Shown here: positions 14,027 through 28,197 of the stretch, piece by piece | Layout: every line of letters starts with the position of its first letter | How positions within the stretch are numbered: position 1 is the stretch's first letter | Notes under the pieces: generated by a model | Told to the model about the DNA's origin: nothing | Seen by the model: the letters and a program-made list of their open reading frames with translations, nothing else | Databases searched by the model: none | Made by a program: the position numbers and the translations under genes | Source of the DNA: Octopus sinensis | Lineage: Eukaryota | Assembly: GCF_006345805.1 (NCBI RefSeq) | Contig: NC_043001.1 | Coordinates: 7,564,001-7,628,000 of the forward strand | Length of the DNA: 64,000 nt | Direction: 5' to 3'

Positions 14027-14305
14027 TATATAAATATATATATATATATATACGTATGTATATATATATATATATTTATATGCACGTATGTATAAGTATA
14101 TATATATATGTGTGTGTGTGTGTATTTGTGTGTTTGTGTTTGCCCGATGTTGTTGTGTTTACGTCCCCGTAACATAGTATTTCACCAATGGAGTCCGATA
14201 AAATAAGTATCAGGCGCACAATAATAGGTCCTGGAGTCGATTTGCTCGATCAAAGGTGGTGCTGCTGCATGGCCGTAGTTTAATGACAGAAATAAAAAAA
14301 AAGAA
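13687..14305 (+). mobile_element. Degenerate SINE family C (CORE-like) interrupted by microsatellites
   Basis: Head fragment CCACTGCGTGGCATTTAGGGCAA; tail AAAGGTGGTGCTGCTGCATGGCCGTAG...GACAGAAAT; homologous to 57000-57410. Confidence 0.7.
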
Positions 14306-14440
14306 TCAAAGAATAGGCGCTTGTATATACATATAGAGACACATAGCTCTCCTGTGTGTCGCCTCTGTCCGTCATTCGCTATGACTGATCGCTATCCACT
14401 AAACCTTTTCTATTTTCTCTCCCTGTTTATTTCTGTGTTC

Positions 14441-14476
14441 CTTTCTGTAGAAGAGCGTTGGCCCGAAACGTAAAAG
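14441..14476 (+). ncRNA. Minimal hammerhead-like motif, non-canonical core
   Basis: CTTT-CTGTAGAA-GAGCGTTGGCCC-GAAA-CG-TA-AAAG; same family at 53066 and 58187. Confidence 0.4.
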
Positions 14477-16159
14477 AATTACTCACTTCTCCAGCGTTAA
14501 ACTAACAAATCCATCATTGTTTTTGTTCTTGTTTTTTTTTTGTGAATTCTCACTATATAGATACATATATATGTCATGTCAAAATGTGTACACATATCCA
14601 AGCGTTGAAATATAATTGCTTATGAATAGTTGGAGATGAAGGCAGAGAATAAGACAGTGCGAAAATTGTGACATCTTTTAATTATAATGATCTGAACTAA
14701 AATAATTATATACATTTTGCTTGCCATTTCATGTCCGATGTTTTTAAAAGAATGCGTTTGAATGTGCTGAAATTTAAGCAAAGTGTTTCCTCGAGTAAGT
14801 GTAGTAACCAATTATTTGAATAATATGAAAATATTACGCGACAAACATAATCATGATAATACAATTATATCAGTAAATATTCTTTGTAGGGTGTGTTGAC
14901 AAAGGATTTATCATCCGTAAGCTACTGAACAGGTGTGTGTTGTCTCCAAATATTTGTATAACATATTTGTGTATGACTAATTTTTTTAACGTTGTTTTTT
15001 TATAATTTATGATATATTAATGAATATTTTATAGTTTGTGTAAACTATTCTTTAGAATAATTTTAGCTATTATGAATTTCCCATTAAACTCGCGTTTAGC
15101 ATGGCAACAGCCGTTTCAAATTACTGGTATGTGAAAATAAGCAAACACAGCTTTTTGCTTCTGTTATCTTCTGAGTATTTCTCTTAAGAAAGTAGACTGA
15201 AAATATATCGTTTTATGTTGTTTCATAAGAAAGCATTACACTAATATTTATAACTGAATTTGATGACGGAAATTAAAAACTTTTTGCAACATAAGCATTA
15301 TTAAGCACACGGATAATACGGTGACGCTTTAGACCGTGCAGCAGATAGCCAAGAACAGACACAAATGGTTTCTGATTTCACTAAAAACTCATCAGCATTT
15401 TTACCTTGATGCATCGTTGCAATGTGATATGTTTACATATGCTGCATTATATTGATATACATTTTGGATACATAATACTTTTGTAATTAATTATGAAAAC
15501 AGAGAATTACAGTATCTAACGATAAGCTTATATCTAATAAGTTCTCTTATCTGACAGTCATCCTTTTGTAACTCTGAGCGTATAAAGCTATATATATTTT
15601 TTTCTTTTATAATACGTCAACATTGTTTGTCTCAAACATTTGATATCATAATTTTCACTTGCCGTTTACACCGAGTGAATGACATTTGTTAGAATTATAA
15701 GAAGCTCTTCAAAAAGATTACTGATGATTATATAAATATTCGCGAAACGATGTTTTTCATTGTTGGTATTTTACCAGTTGTTCACTCTCGTAAAAAAAAA
15801 TTAACCGAACTAAATTTTATAATCAATAAAAGATATCCTCCATAATATATTAAGAAAGTTCATATATTTAGATGAAATAGAAAAATATTACTTCATTTGA
15901 TGAATATAGTAATAAATTTCAAATATTATATAGTCTGAAACACACACACACACACCTATATATATATATATATACACTATATCTAATAGAATATTTTTAA
16001 TACGGCATCGTATCAACGATTTCCGGTAAATTTGAGATATTGTCAATTTTTAAGGTGTGACTTTATAGTGATGAAATACATTATATTATTTTAGGATTCC
16101 TTTTGTCTAGATCTAGATTGACATTAATAGTGGCTTCAAAGTTTAGCACATGTCCAGTA

Positions 16160-16293
16160 AGTTCAGGTTGGGGGAGTATATCGAGACATTAATTCCAGTG
16201 ATTGCGCGGTACCTATTTTAAGAAATTGGTGGAATTTGAACTCAAAACGTAAAGAGGAGGAGAATGACGCTAACGATTCTGCCAGCTCGCCTC
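16160..16293 (-). mobile_element. Degenerate SINE family A
   Basis: GCTAACGATTCTGCCAGCTCGCC and GAATTTGAACTCA match the reverse complement of the family A head. Confidence 0.65.
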
Positions 16294-16661
16294 CCTATAG
16301 CTGATATTACAGATACACGATAAAAGTATTTCTGCTGTGACTGTTTCATTCAAATTTTACAAATGCAGTATTTTTGTTTTTATATAAATTATTAAGTGAT
16401 TTTCTAACTTCATTTACCCACATTCCATATTGGTGTACCATTTTTGTCAAGTATAGTACCTCTACAAAGCTGAATTTTAAACTGCATTACCTGAAAACGT
16501 CATTACTTACTAATAGAGATTTTTAAAAAAAAAGTTCTTAATCTCTATTTTAATATTAAATTCTGTGAAAAATATTTCATGCACATTTTACAAATTTTTG
16601 TTGCAATATTTACGCAGCACCATTATGAGAAAAGAAGATAGTCAAATTGCTATACATATAC

Positions 16662-16711
<50 letters not shown>

Positions 16712-19025
16712 TATATATACACATTCTAAGGCACGCTTTAAGTAAAATTATCGAGAATTTATTTAATCCAATTCCTGTCTAATTCTGTTTTATGAATGTC
16801 AACTCCTTCCTCTGTAATTAATCTGAGCATATCAGACACTCATATTATGGACGGGTATTACTAGATGACATAAATAATAGCTGATAAATACATATTTCAT
16901 CTAATAATGGTGCAATTAAAACACATATAATTTAATATGAAAAGGCACAACTGGAATCGAAAACAAATTGAATATATCAACTCGTTCAAGAGTTGGAGTT
17001 ATCCAATTATGCAACATACTGTCTCATTCCAAACAAAGATACGCGTGTGTTCTGTAGAACTCCAAATGTTTCCATTGAAGACGAGGAAATGAGACGCAAC
17101 GCTGATTGTAGACACTCTTCGTTTTGTACATTTAAATCTAAATAACCCGTTTTTCTTGCGACAAAAAATATCAAATAATCCGAATATGTAAATAGGAACA
17201 GACTCTACATTTCATATCGCATTTTATTAGCGTAGCGCATCACTTTTGTCTTGCATTTTTCTATATTCTATCAAAGGGATATTTAAAGAATATAATTTCA
17301 TATATGTGATGTAGTTAATCTATCCATTCGATATAATCTAATTTCATGGTTATGGAATGTCATTACACAGCCTTAGTTAAAAGGAAGTTCGTCAACTATT
17401 TTGTGCACAGAGGAGATTACAGATATAGAGATACAAACAACGACTTCCGATAGCAACCTAATTTAACATAGAAATTTTTCCTCACGTATAATCACGGGGA
17501 AAAGAAAATGTTAAATCTCTCACCTAAACCACAATGCTAGAATTACATTGAACAGTTCCAGTTGTTCACATACATTCTCTACATTACTCTTTTTGCAACT
17601 GCTCCCAAGTGACACACCACTTTACACGTAGAACCATCTCAATGCATTCATTAAATAGCACATAGCACCAGTACCGAAAATCTGAGCTGCAAATTTCTTG
17701 AGTCAATTCCCCAAATTTTGAAAACTACTTATCGCTTTTCCGGCTGAAAGTTTACTATTTACGCAACGGGGGATAACTTCTGTTTAGTTAAACCCGTGTT
17801 CTTATCCGAAAAATTGTACATATTTTCGTTTAGACATAACATGGTGTATAGTGAATGATAGTATATGGAAGCGAAATATTTTATGTTATGGAAATATTAT
17901 CCTGGGGATCAGAGTAAGTAATGACTTTACCCAAATCAAGCATGATGTTTCTCTGAGTGATTAGAAATAATTAAAATATTTGTTAAAAATATTAGGTCTC
18001 ATATTTATAAAGAAAATGTGTAATATTTCGGAATTTATTATCTAGTCAACAGTATAGAAAATATATATAGGTATGGGGGTAGATAGTAATCGGTTAAAAA
18101 ATGAATGCAAAATTGAAGACGTGAGGGAATTTACTTACATTATCAACTGCGTATATAATCATCTATAGAGCGATATAGAGAAGTTATTTTCAATAATATA
18201 AAAAAAGAAGCTGCTTATAATTGAAGAGAAATTTGTCACCTAAAAACTAACGATTTACATAACGATTATATGATTTATTTATAGTGTAGGGGAGAATATT
18301 ATGGAAAAAATGCAGTCATACGTAGGTGTTTTTTTTAAATAAAAAGTTAATAGATTTATATCAGATATACACGCATATATACACTCCAAATTTTATGCAT
18401 CTTACATAACATTATACTTCGTTTTATTCGTATATATACCGAAACAGCCATGTATACATATATACACGATTTTTGTACATACAAAGCAAGCGCGGATAAA
18501 TACTTACCTACATATGTAAACGAACATCTACAAATGACGATACTTATACATACATATATCTATACAGACGATGATACAATACACCGATAAACACCAATAC
18601 CTTGGTATATACCCTTATACATACAATACTCACACATATGTACACCTATGCTTGTAAATAATGCTTACATATTGGCATGTAGGCATATAAGTACATACAT
18701 ACATTATAAGAAGTATTAAAAAAATTATAAAATATCTTCTCTTTCCGTACGAAACAATTTGTGTAGGAACATGAGTAATACACACTATTATCCATTTTAA
18801 CATCTAATCTCCTCTATTTACATAAATAGGAATGAATTTTTTAAAGTATATTATATATACTTAATATATAAAAATTAGTATAATTTTATATCAGTTGTCA
18901 TATCTACACAACTTTACACGTGGAAATTCAAAATTAAAGTAGGAAGAAACAATGTTAGACATCTCAGGAAATTACTCCAATTAAAGTACGAAGTCGCATT
19001 CAACACTTTAATACACACACACACA

Positions 19026-19126
<101 letters not shown>

Positions 19127-20187
19127 GGGTAGGTCAAGTGCGCCGAACTGCAAATATTATATTTGTACATCTGTGTATCCTGCTTTGCAGTTATCGTCTA
19201 TGAGAAAAGAAATATATTTCTACTCTTTCCAAATGTTCGCTCATTTAAATTTAGTACAGTAAATCTGCTAAAACGTAATTTTCGTAACATAACTAGCATA
19301 GTGCGTGATATATCACAAATGATATTACTAGAAGAACTGCGTAAATTATATACTGCCAATGATATATGCATTACCAACATTTTATCAATATATTCCAGAC
19401 AGGGAATTCTTTCAATGTATTACATCTTCTTTAGATAATTTACCATGCATTATTCACTATTTTGTTTTTCAAAATAATTATTCAGTAGCTTAGATCGATA
19501 TCATTTAAGTTTCGCATTTAATATAAAATAGCACTCCATTGTATTCCCTAATCGGCTCCTAAACAGATACATTAGTTATTCCTCTCAACGAAAGAATTAT
19601 TTGTCTGCCAACGAAAGCAGAATAAACATGAAAATTTAATTTCTACGAAGTTAATTCTGATTCTGTTTAGATCCTATTCCAAATACTTTGCAAGCTGTTA
19701 ACAGTTTCCGCTAGGTTATTGTTGCACATTCTGCATTTCACACACTTACTTTAATGCGTTGAATATGCTTGTATACGTCAATCAGCAAACTACTGGTTTC
19801 GCAAATAATTACAGGTATATAGAAGCTCGTTTGTGTTATCTGATTAATGAAGAAATAGATTTATTCGGAACTGGGTTACCAAATGAGGTACAACTGATTA
19901 TGGTTGATAAGCACACTGCGCTACCACAATGATATTTCCATTCAAATAAAATAAAAAGTATTGTCGTTTAAAATGTCGTCTACCACTATCACAGATTAAA
20001 ATATCAGTATGTCAGAATTCCAGATGTTCGTGTATATTTAAAAGATTTACTTCATGGTAACAGAAGTGCATAATAATCTATAAGAACCATGGCACAAACA
20101 CACACATACATATGTCCATAATATACGTGGCAATGTGTAACTATTGCAGTATATACAGTTCTATATTTAAGAGATGAGGAATTATGT

Positions 20188-20520
20188 ACATTATTTACAT
20201 TTGACGGATATTTGTCCTTATCTTGTTTGTTGTTAACAAAACGTTTCTGCTGATATACTCTCCAGCCTTCATCAGGTGTCTGTGGGAAATTTCGAACATG
20301 TGTTCTTATCCAGTGTTGTTATTGTTATTATTATCATTATTATTATTGTTGTTGTTGTTATAATATCAAAGAGTGCCTTAGGAATCAGAACCTAGGCTCG
20401 AAATTTTCCCAAGACGCCTGAAGAAGGCTGGAGAGTATATCAACCGAAACGTGTTAACAACAAACAAGATGACGACAAATATCCGTCGAATATAGATAAT
20501 GTAAATAATGTAAATAATGT
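20188..20520. repeat. Head-to-head palindrome of an HHR-bearing repeat with a (TTA)n spacer
   Basis: ~110-bp arms; left arm (minus) GACAC-CTGATGA-AGGCTG...CAGCA-GAAA-CG-TT, right arm CTGAAGA-AGGCTG...CAACC-GAAA-CG; a single arm recurs at 44560-44760. Confidence 0.8.
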
Positions 20521-21197
20521 ATTATAGTATATATTTATGATTATGTATATCGGTGAAACATTTATTCAAGAATGAAGATGCATTAACATTCCAAGAGACA
20601 ATTTTATTTGAAAGTATGTATATCTACTATATTTGAAATGAACATAAGCTAGCAGATTGTAGTATACGTTCTCATATTAATCCACCTAGAACAAATTGCC
20701 TCACAATACTCATGAAAGCACAAGCTCTCATCACACCAGTGTAAGATTGATGTATCCTATAACGTCTTCAAATGTTGTTAGGTCGCGAGAGAAGCGGATT
20801 ACCATCTGCGTAACGAAGATTTGGGAGAATCATCGTGAGTTGGATACGCTTAAGTATTTCGAGTTTAGAAAATTTGAATTTGGCATCCAATAATGCTTTC
20901 ACAAATATTTTTTTTGTTCGCCAAATCAGAAATGATTGCTATATTATTATTAAAAAAATTATCTATTCTTCATATTTCTGTGTCTCACAAAATGCTGCTA
21001 GAATGTACAATATTTCCTGAAGAATGATAACTAAAAAACATAAATAAAACAAAATATAACGTTGTACCTTCTATTTCAAATGACTACGGTTTCTTGAACT
21101 GTATTTTGAAATCTACTAATTCTTAATGTGCGTACGTCATCCAAAATAGACTTAAAACCCACCCGTTAAAATAGTATTACAATAGCAAAAGAGGGAC

Positions 21198-21252
<55 letters not shown>

Positions 21253-22310
21253 TCGAGAGAGAGAGAGGGGGAGAGAGCGAAGGAGAGATATATATAGATG
21301 TCATTCAAATATACACGTAATCATTCACCTACAACCGTAGTTGAAGGATATTCTTAAGATCGCAATTTACTCAAACGCAGGACATTTCAGAGCTTGTCAC
21401 TAACGAAGTTTTTAAAACCAGATTGAAAACTGTTAACATTTCTGAAGCGATCTTCTTCGTAGCTACATTTAGATTTGATCCAGTATAAACAAGTTTACGA
21501 GAATTATTTTATGGGAGAGTAAGTAACACCACCAAACATGTTTAGATCGAAATACCTTTTTTTTAACTTAAAAGCAAAATATATTTATCTTAGCTTCAAT
21601 AATAGAAGGAAGCGTGTAGAATTTCATAGTTTTGTTACCATACAACAAAAAATTGTATCAAATATGTTGTGAGGTAAAATATGAAAAAATTATAAGTAAT
21701 GAAAAAATTGGATTTAAGTATAATTAACTTCTTTATTTTAAAACCGAACTATATATTACTTAAGCTTAAATGAGCGGGCTCATTATGGGGAATTTCATGC
21801 TATCAATCTCATCCAATGAAATTTTAAAAGAAAATGGTTTAGAGTGCTTAATTCTGAAAATTGATGGTAATAATAGAGTTCTATACATTCTAATTAATAT
21901 AATCCAACAAGGGGACTTTTAATATATGTCGCCGGCATCATTGAATGACGGAAATATTTTTCAACGACACCCTTAATTGATATAATTGACACATTGTTAA
22001 TTAACATAATAGCATAGCCGAGAAAATACATGGATTACATGGAAAAATGTGAGCAAGAGAAATAATATTCTTCAGGTTATAAATCTGGAAAGTTACAGGA
22101 CGAGTTATTACACTCGGAAACGTTCAGGACAATTTATTACATCTTGTAAAGTGCAGAAGAAAACTTTTACTGAAAATATTACAGCTAAGGATATCATCTC
22201 AATATCAAAAATTATTTGAATTTAATTTACAAAGTAACATTCTGATTAAAAAGACACACCATCATATTGTTAACATATAGATGCATTAGAATACTTTAAA
22301 AAACGAGAGC

Positions 22311-22670
22311 CATGAATATAGAACTTATACAGGGGATTCTGAAAATTCTTTTAAAACCCGATTTTATTCACACAAATATTAATTTTGATACCCAGAAAAT
22401 AAGACGAAGACCAGCCTGGCGAAATACGTCTGGGAATTAAAAGAAAAAGAAGCCGGACCTTTCAACGTGTCATGGAGTATTTCAGATAGAGTGACACCAT
22501 ACAGGCACCGTGCGCATAGGAGGAATTTCAAGTGCGACTTATGTTTGCTAGAGAAATATTTTATTTTATTCCAAGACATTAATTCTTTGAATGAAAGAAG
22601 CGAACACTTGAATTCATGCAGACACGCAACTAAATTCAAAATGTCGAATATCAATATCCTATATGGATAG
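22311..22670 (+). pseudogene. Penelope-like element GIY-YIG endonuclease C-terminus (second lineage), decayed
   Basis: One frame reads YTGDSENSFKTRFYSHKY*F*YPENKTKTSLAKYVWELK...VSWSI...CDLCLLEKYFI...LNERSEHLNSCRHATKF, the typical PLE endonuclease tail, with two stops. Confidence 0.8.
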
Positions 22671-23997
22671 CGTATATTTTTGTGTTTTATTTTATTCTTC
22701 GACTAGTTTTTGATCACACTGTTGGATTTGTTTCGTATTATGCAGGTTTTATTCCGCATTACAAAGTTCTTGTATATATTTCGATATATTTCTTAAGAAA
22801 AACCTTCGACTTATTTAGTTTATTTCATTGTATTGCATTGTATAAACTCACTTTGGTCATTTAATTTATAGATAAGCCAATATAGGGTGTTATATTTTGC
22901 ATGTCTTTTATCTAAAATTTTTATTATTATGCACTCAGCAATTAAAAAAAAAATAATCTTGTCTGTATATACGTCAGATCCAAGACATATTTTTACGTGA
23001 ATATTTGTATTGGCATGCATATGTATTTGTAAGCATACGTCTATGTATATGTGTGGGTGAGCGTGTATGCTTGTACTTATGCACATATATACATGGATGT
23101 ACATGTATGCATGTATTCACTTGGATTTCTGTGGATGTGTTTGTACATAATTGTCATTATATATTTATATGTGTTTCTTATATGTGTATTTGCTGCTTAT
23201 ATACACTTTTATATACACATGTATACGTAATTTTATTTTGTGAACGTTCGTTACGTATAGTCAGACTTTTATCTTTTTTCTTTTTTCTTTCTTCCTTTCT
23301 TTCGTTATTTTTTCTCTCCCTATTCGTTACTTGTATAGAGTCCTGTAACTTTAAGCCCCCTCCTCTTCTCTTACTCACGTCTTTAGCTTTCTACTGCTCA
23401 TAAGATCGTTACCTTTTCTTTTCTTCCCCTCTCTGCGTTTTAATTCTAGTCTATATGTATACACCAAGTGATTTTTGCATGCGAGTAAGATTGCGTATAC
23501 ATATGTGTAAATGTATTTGTGTGTATATTTTCGTTTTGCATTTATATGCCAGTATATGTACGTGGTCTGTGCACATCTATCTGTGTATTTTGATGTACAC
23601 ATGTATATTGATGGTTTAGTATGAGTATTTTCTGTTGTGAAATATTTTAATATATTTTAATTTCAATTTTTATGTATTAATTGTATTAATCGAATTATAT
23701 TTTCTACATAATTAATGGCAATATGTATTTGAATCAACTCTTGGATTTAAGTTTTTTCCTCGATTTTTATAATTTATATTGAACTCCTTTATTTTGTTTT
23801 GTTTATTTGGTGTATCGCTTGCCTATGACCGTTATTTGAAAGGACCAATGAAACAAATCCATTTTCAAAGGTGTATCGTTTAGCTAGTTTTGATCAAATT
23901 GTAATCTCGGTTCTATTTTCACAAAACTGTCCGACGAACGGGAAGGTGAAACTCCGAGTAACAGCTATTGTTAAATTTCTGCTGCTTTTAAATAAAG

Positions 23998-24029
<32 letters not shown>

Positions 24030-24074
24030 TGTATGTATGTATGTATGTATGTATGTATGTATGTATGTATGTAT
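23998..24074. repeat. (TATG)n microsatellite
   Basis: Read directly. Confidence 0.95.
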
Positions 24075-25659
24075 TCGTAATAAATGAGCAGTTTTTGTAG
24101 GCAAGCGTGTAAATCACTACTCCCTACAGCAAGTGAAATACTACTGCTATTTCGGGAATTTATGTCGATATCTGAACACATAATTTTCCGCATCCAAAAC
24201 GCACATACTTTATGTCACAACCCCAATGCATAAAGAAGTGTAAATGGGAATTGTGAATAATAATTACAGGTATATAATTGTCAGTACCAAAATCATTTAA
24301 ATTGTAAAAATTGTTTTATATTTTTTTTTGAATTTGTATATGATTATAAGCTCTGTATCTCGAAGCTATATCAGCATGAAATACTTTCTGAGCCATTGTC
24401 TAAACGCTCTTCCTAGATTCGTTCTATACGAATTTACGCATTTTATTACTGAACGTAATGAACATAGTAGCGAAAGTTAGAGAACAGATAAGAGAAGAGA
24501 AATTAAAATGGTGAAACAGAGAATGATTACAAGGTGGAGTCCATCTATCCGAAAATTTGATATAAAGGAGAAGTAAAATTATTTCCACATTTCCATTTAA
24601 AAAGACGTTATGCAATTATTAAAAATTTATTTGAAATTCAAAACCATAAAATACTTAATTTGGAGATACATGCCTGCTATTTGAAATCTGTCAAATGTGA
24701 ATTTATCGTTTATAATTTGGAAGGAATATTTAACGCTAACATCAATTTAGCTTTCGTTATCGATCACGAGAATATTCTGAGAACGTGCTGGAAATTCTGG
24801 GAGTCTCTAGTAAAGATAATTCCAAAATATAAATCGTAACAAACCTCAGCATAGGTTTTATAAATAGCTTTTAAACAGTATATGTCTTATGGAAACATAA
24901 TTGCAAAAATGCAGTTTCCAAGGTAATCCTCTCTGGTGTCCTTCATATTAAAGTTTCACACGATTTTCCATTACGATATTCGAAAACGGGAATGTAAAAA
25001 ATTATAACATATCATTATTATAATTTAGCCGCAAAATATTAATATTACTAGTAATAACGAAGCATTTATTGAGAGGGAATCGGGAATCATTCAATTTTCC
25101 ATATTTCGCTTTTGATCACGTGCATTTATGTTAGATATGCCATATGGACAGAATGACAATTTTACAACACTTAAAAGAAGCAAAATATAAATTATGCCAA
25201 CTTCGTTTTAACGAACACGTGTGTATATATATGTGTATATGTGTATATATGCATGTGTATATGTGTGTATATGTATACATGTATGAAAGTATGTATATAT
25301 ACATACATATATATTCATATATATGTATATGTATATGTATATATATACATACATATATATGTAATATACTTATAAATATGTTCATGCGTCCGTGTGTGTG
25401 CGTGCATGTGTGCGTGCGTGGATGGTAGTTATGTGGTTAGATTGTTTGCATTAACTATGTACACATTTGTATAGATGACAAAGCAGAGATAGTTTATAAA
25501 CTAGTTTTATTACTCAACTCATGCTAAATATTTCATCTCATCTCGAAATGGAAATATTGATAACATGACTATATACAACTTACAGTTTACCAACAAGAAT
25601 AGCTAGCTAAGCAAATAAAACTCGTGCATGAGGGTGGATAAATCTGTACTAAGATTGAG

Positions 25660-26135
25660 GAAACACCTGATTATTGATAGACACTGCAGAGGGTAAACGT
25701 GAAAGATATGCGATAATATACATCTGGATGATCTTGGAGGGAATTGTCCGAAACATGGACATCGAGAGTTTAAAAAATACTAGAATAGGGTGGCACTGGA
25801 GAGTGTCAAGGTCTCAAAATTTGCCATCAAGTTGCAGGACAAGATACCGCAACAGCCTGGAATTCAAGGGACCACAGCTCTTCAATATCCTGCTGAAGGA
25901 ACTGAGAGACCTGCCTGGGGTGGATGTAGGTGTCTTCAAAATGAAAATGGACCTCTTACTGTCAATTGTCCCAGATGAACCAACTTCACAGCAGGAGGTG
26001 CAGATGAGAGTAGCAGCATCAAACTCTCTCATGCACCAAATGTCAATTTCTAAAAAGAATAAGTGAAATAAAATTATGTAGCGACACCAAATGGCGGTGC
26101 CCCAGCATGGCCACAGCTAATGAGCTGAAACTTGC
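25660..26135 (+). mobile_element. 5'-truncated CR1/L2-group LINE (RT C-terminus plus 3' UTR)
   Basis: RERYAIIYIWMILEGIV...KGPQLFNILLKELRDLPG...FKMKMDLLLSIVPDEP...SNSLMHQ matches the post-RT C-terminal pattern of CR1-group LINEs; clade assigned from memory. Confidence 0.8.
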
Positions 26136-26176
26136 TCAAATTAAATCAATCATATATATATATATATATATAATAT

Positions 26177-26208
<32 letters not shown>

Positions 26209-26247
26209 GATATAGGTAGATAGATAGATAGAGAAGTAGATATATGA

Positions 26248-26299
<52 letters not shown>

Positions 26300-26600
26300 G
26301 AAAAATACAAACTGGGACAAGAACGTAAAACATTTAGAAGAAGATACAAAAAACACGGACGGGACAGTCGAAGCTTTCAATCTTCAGTCAAGAACCGGAT
26401 CATCCTAGCAATTTCGGCTGATTAATCTTGAGATCGCTCCAATCCGGCCAGCCCCAAGGAAAAACTAAGCTACGAGCATTAGATTTCTTGGAAGAAGGAT
26501 CGAATTTATACGAAACAGGGACAGAAAAACGGACGATGCCACACGAATATAAAATACAAAAAAACAATAATGGTAAAAACAGGACAAAAAACATATATCA
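26300..26600 (-). repeat. Interspersed repeat, same family as 6149-6375
   Basis: Shared TTTTCCTTGGGGCTGGCC(G/A)GAT...CAGCCG(A/G)AATTGC...GACTGA(A/G)GA. Confidence 0.65.
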
Positions 26601-26607
26601 GCTAACA

Positions 26608-26820
26608 GGCGCAGGTCTGGCTGTGTGGTAATAAGCTTCCTTGCCCACCAACTGATTCCGGTTTCAATCCTACTGAAAGTGGCCGGTCGCGTGTTATGTG
26701 CCTGTGTTCCTCCTCGCAACATCGCCTGACGACCCAGAATACGTCCTGGGGTAGACTTGCTCGACTAAAGGCGTTACTTCACAATGGCTGCAGTCAAATG
26801 ACTGAAAGAATAAAAGAATA
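26608..26820 (+). mobile_element. Internally deleted SINE family C
   Basis: Head GGCGCAGGTCTGGCTGTGTGGTAA; tail GCAGTCAAATGACTGAAAGAATAAAAGAATA. Confidence 0.75.
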
Positions 26821-26829
26821 CACACACAA

Positions 26830-26890
<61 letters not shown>

Positions 26891-28022
26891 TTACAAATAT
26901 ATTTATTTATATAGATTCACAATATCTACACAGTTATATACATATACATAGCAATTTATTTATGTACCACACATTTGTCATAGATTATAGAAAGACACAT
27001 GCTATACTGACTGTTCGTTCCCCACAATATTGCGTCTGAATAAATACCATTTAATAATCTCTAACCCTATTGAATATAGAACGACAATATAATAAATAGA
27101 ATTAGAAATACAATAAATGGTCAATTATGTGTATGTATGTATATGCGTGTTTCTGAATGTGTGTGTGTGTGTGCTTGTCTGCCTCTGTATGTGTGTGAGT
27201 GCGTATGTTGGGATTGATACATTTCATCGTATTAGTTTTGTCTCGTAGATAATGGTTAATACTTCGCATATTTATCAAGCTAGACTTCATTTATGAATGA
27301 GAGTTTTATATCTGATATTGTACTGCAATGGCTATAATTAACAGCAATATATTTGAATAATTAACAGAACGCCAAATTATCCAAATTATGATATAAACGT
27401 ATTGATATCATTTATAATGATAAAGTTGTTTAAGTATGATAAGAATTTCCAATAAATTCATGTGTACAACTTGTTCCCCATAAACATTTCATAAATATTC
27501 CAGTGACAATACTTTCAACATGTTAAGAGTTTATCAGGTTGAAACTTATTTTTCCAGCTTCTTTATCTAAGTTTGCTTTGCAACAATATTCTCGTTATCA
27601 GCGCACACCGTTGCTTCCTATGAAATTAAATGAATGCAAAATATTATACGGGAAACATATTCAAATTAGCAGCTGCTATCATTTTTATGCATTAAATGAT
27701 GTAGGACTGGAATTAATTTTCAGAAATAGCTTTTATCAAATTGATGATAATTGATACTCATAGACAACTGGAAATATTTTGTTGTACGACACAGAAGCGT
27801 GTAATTATTCAAATGTGATCGTTGTAATTTATAGCTGCAATGCACTATGTAAACTCAATTCAGATTAATAAAATATATAACCGAAATGCGATGACAAAGG
27901 ACGTGTATATGTCATATATATATATGTGTGTGTGTATGTATATATAAATATATATATATATATTTATATATATATGTATATACATATATACATATATACA
28001 TATATACATACATATATGTATA

Positions 28023-28059
<37 letters not shown>

Positions 28060-28151
28060 ATATGTATATACACATATATATATATATATATACATATTTA
28101 CATATATACATATATACATGCATGCATATATATGTATAAATATATATATAT

Positions 28152-28197
<46 letters not shown>

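Noticed and set aside
16960-17210. GPCR-like hydrophobic frames (also 27540-27620)
   Set aside because: Short, stop-bounded, no conserved family motif.
19163-19438. 91-aa ORF with LRR-like periodicity
   Set aside because: No recognisable motif or donor site; a few ORFs of this length are expected by chance in 64 kb.
21380-22310. Upstream RT/thumb remnant of the 22.3-kb PLE
   Set aside because: Faint resemblance (IFFVATF...SN..KH..IP; CKCR with a frameshift) but too many stops to support by eye.
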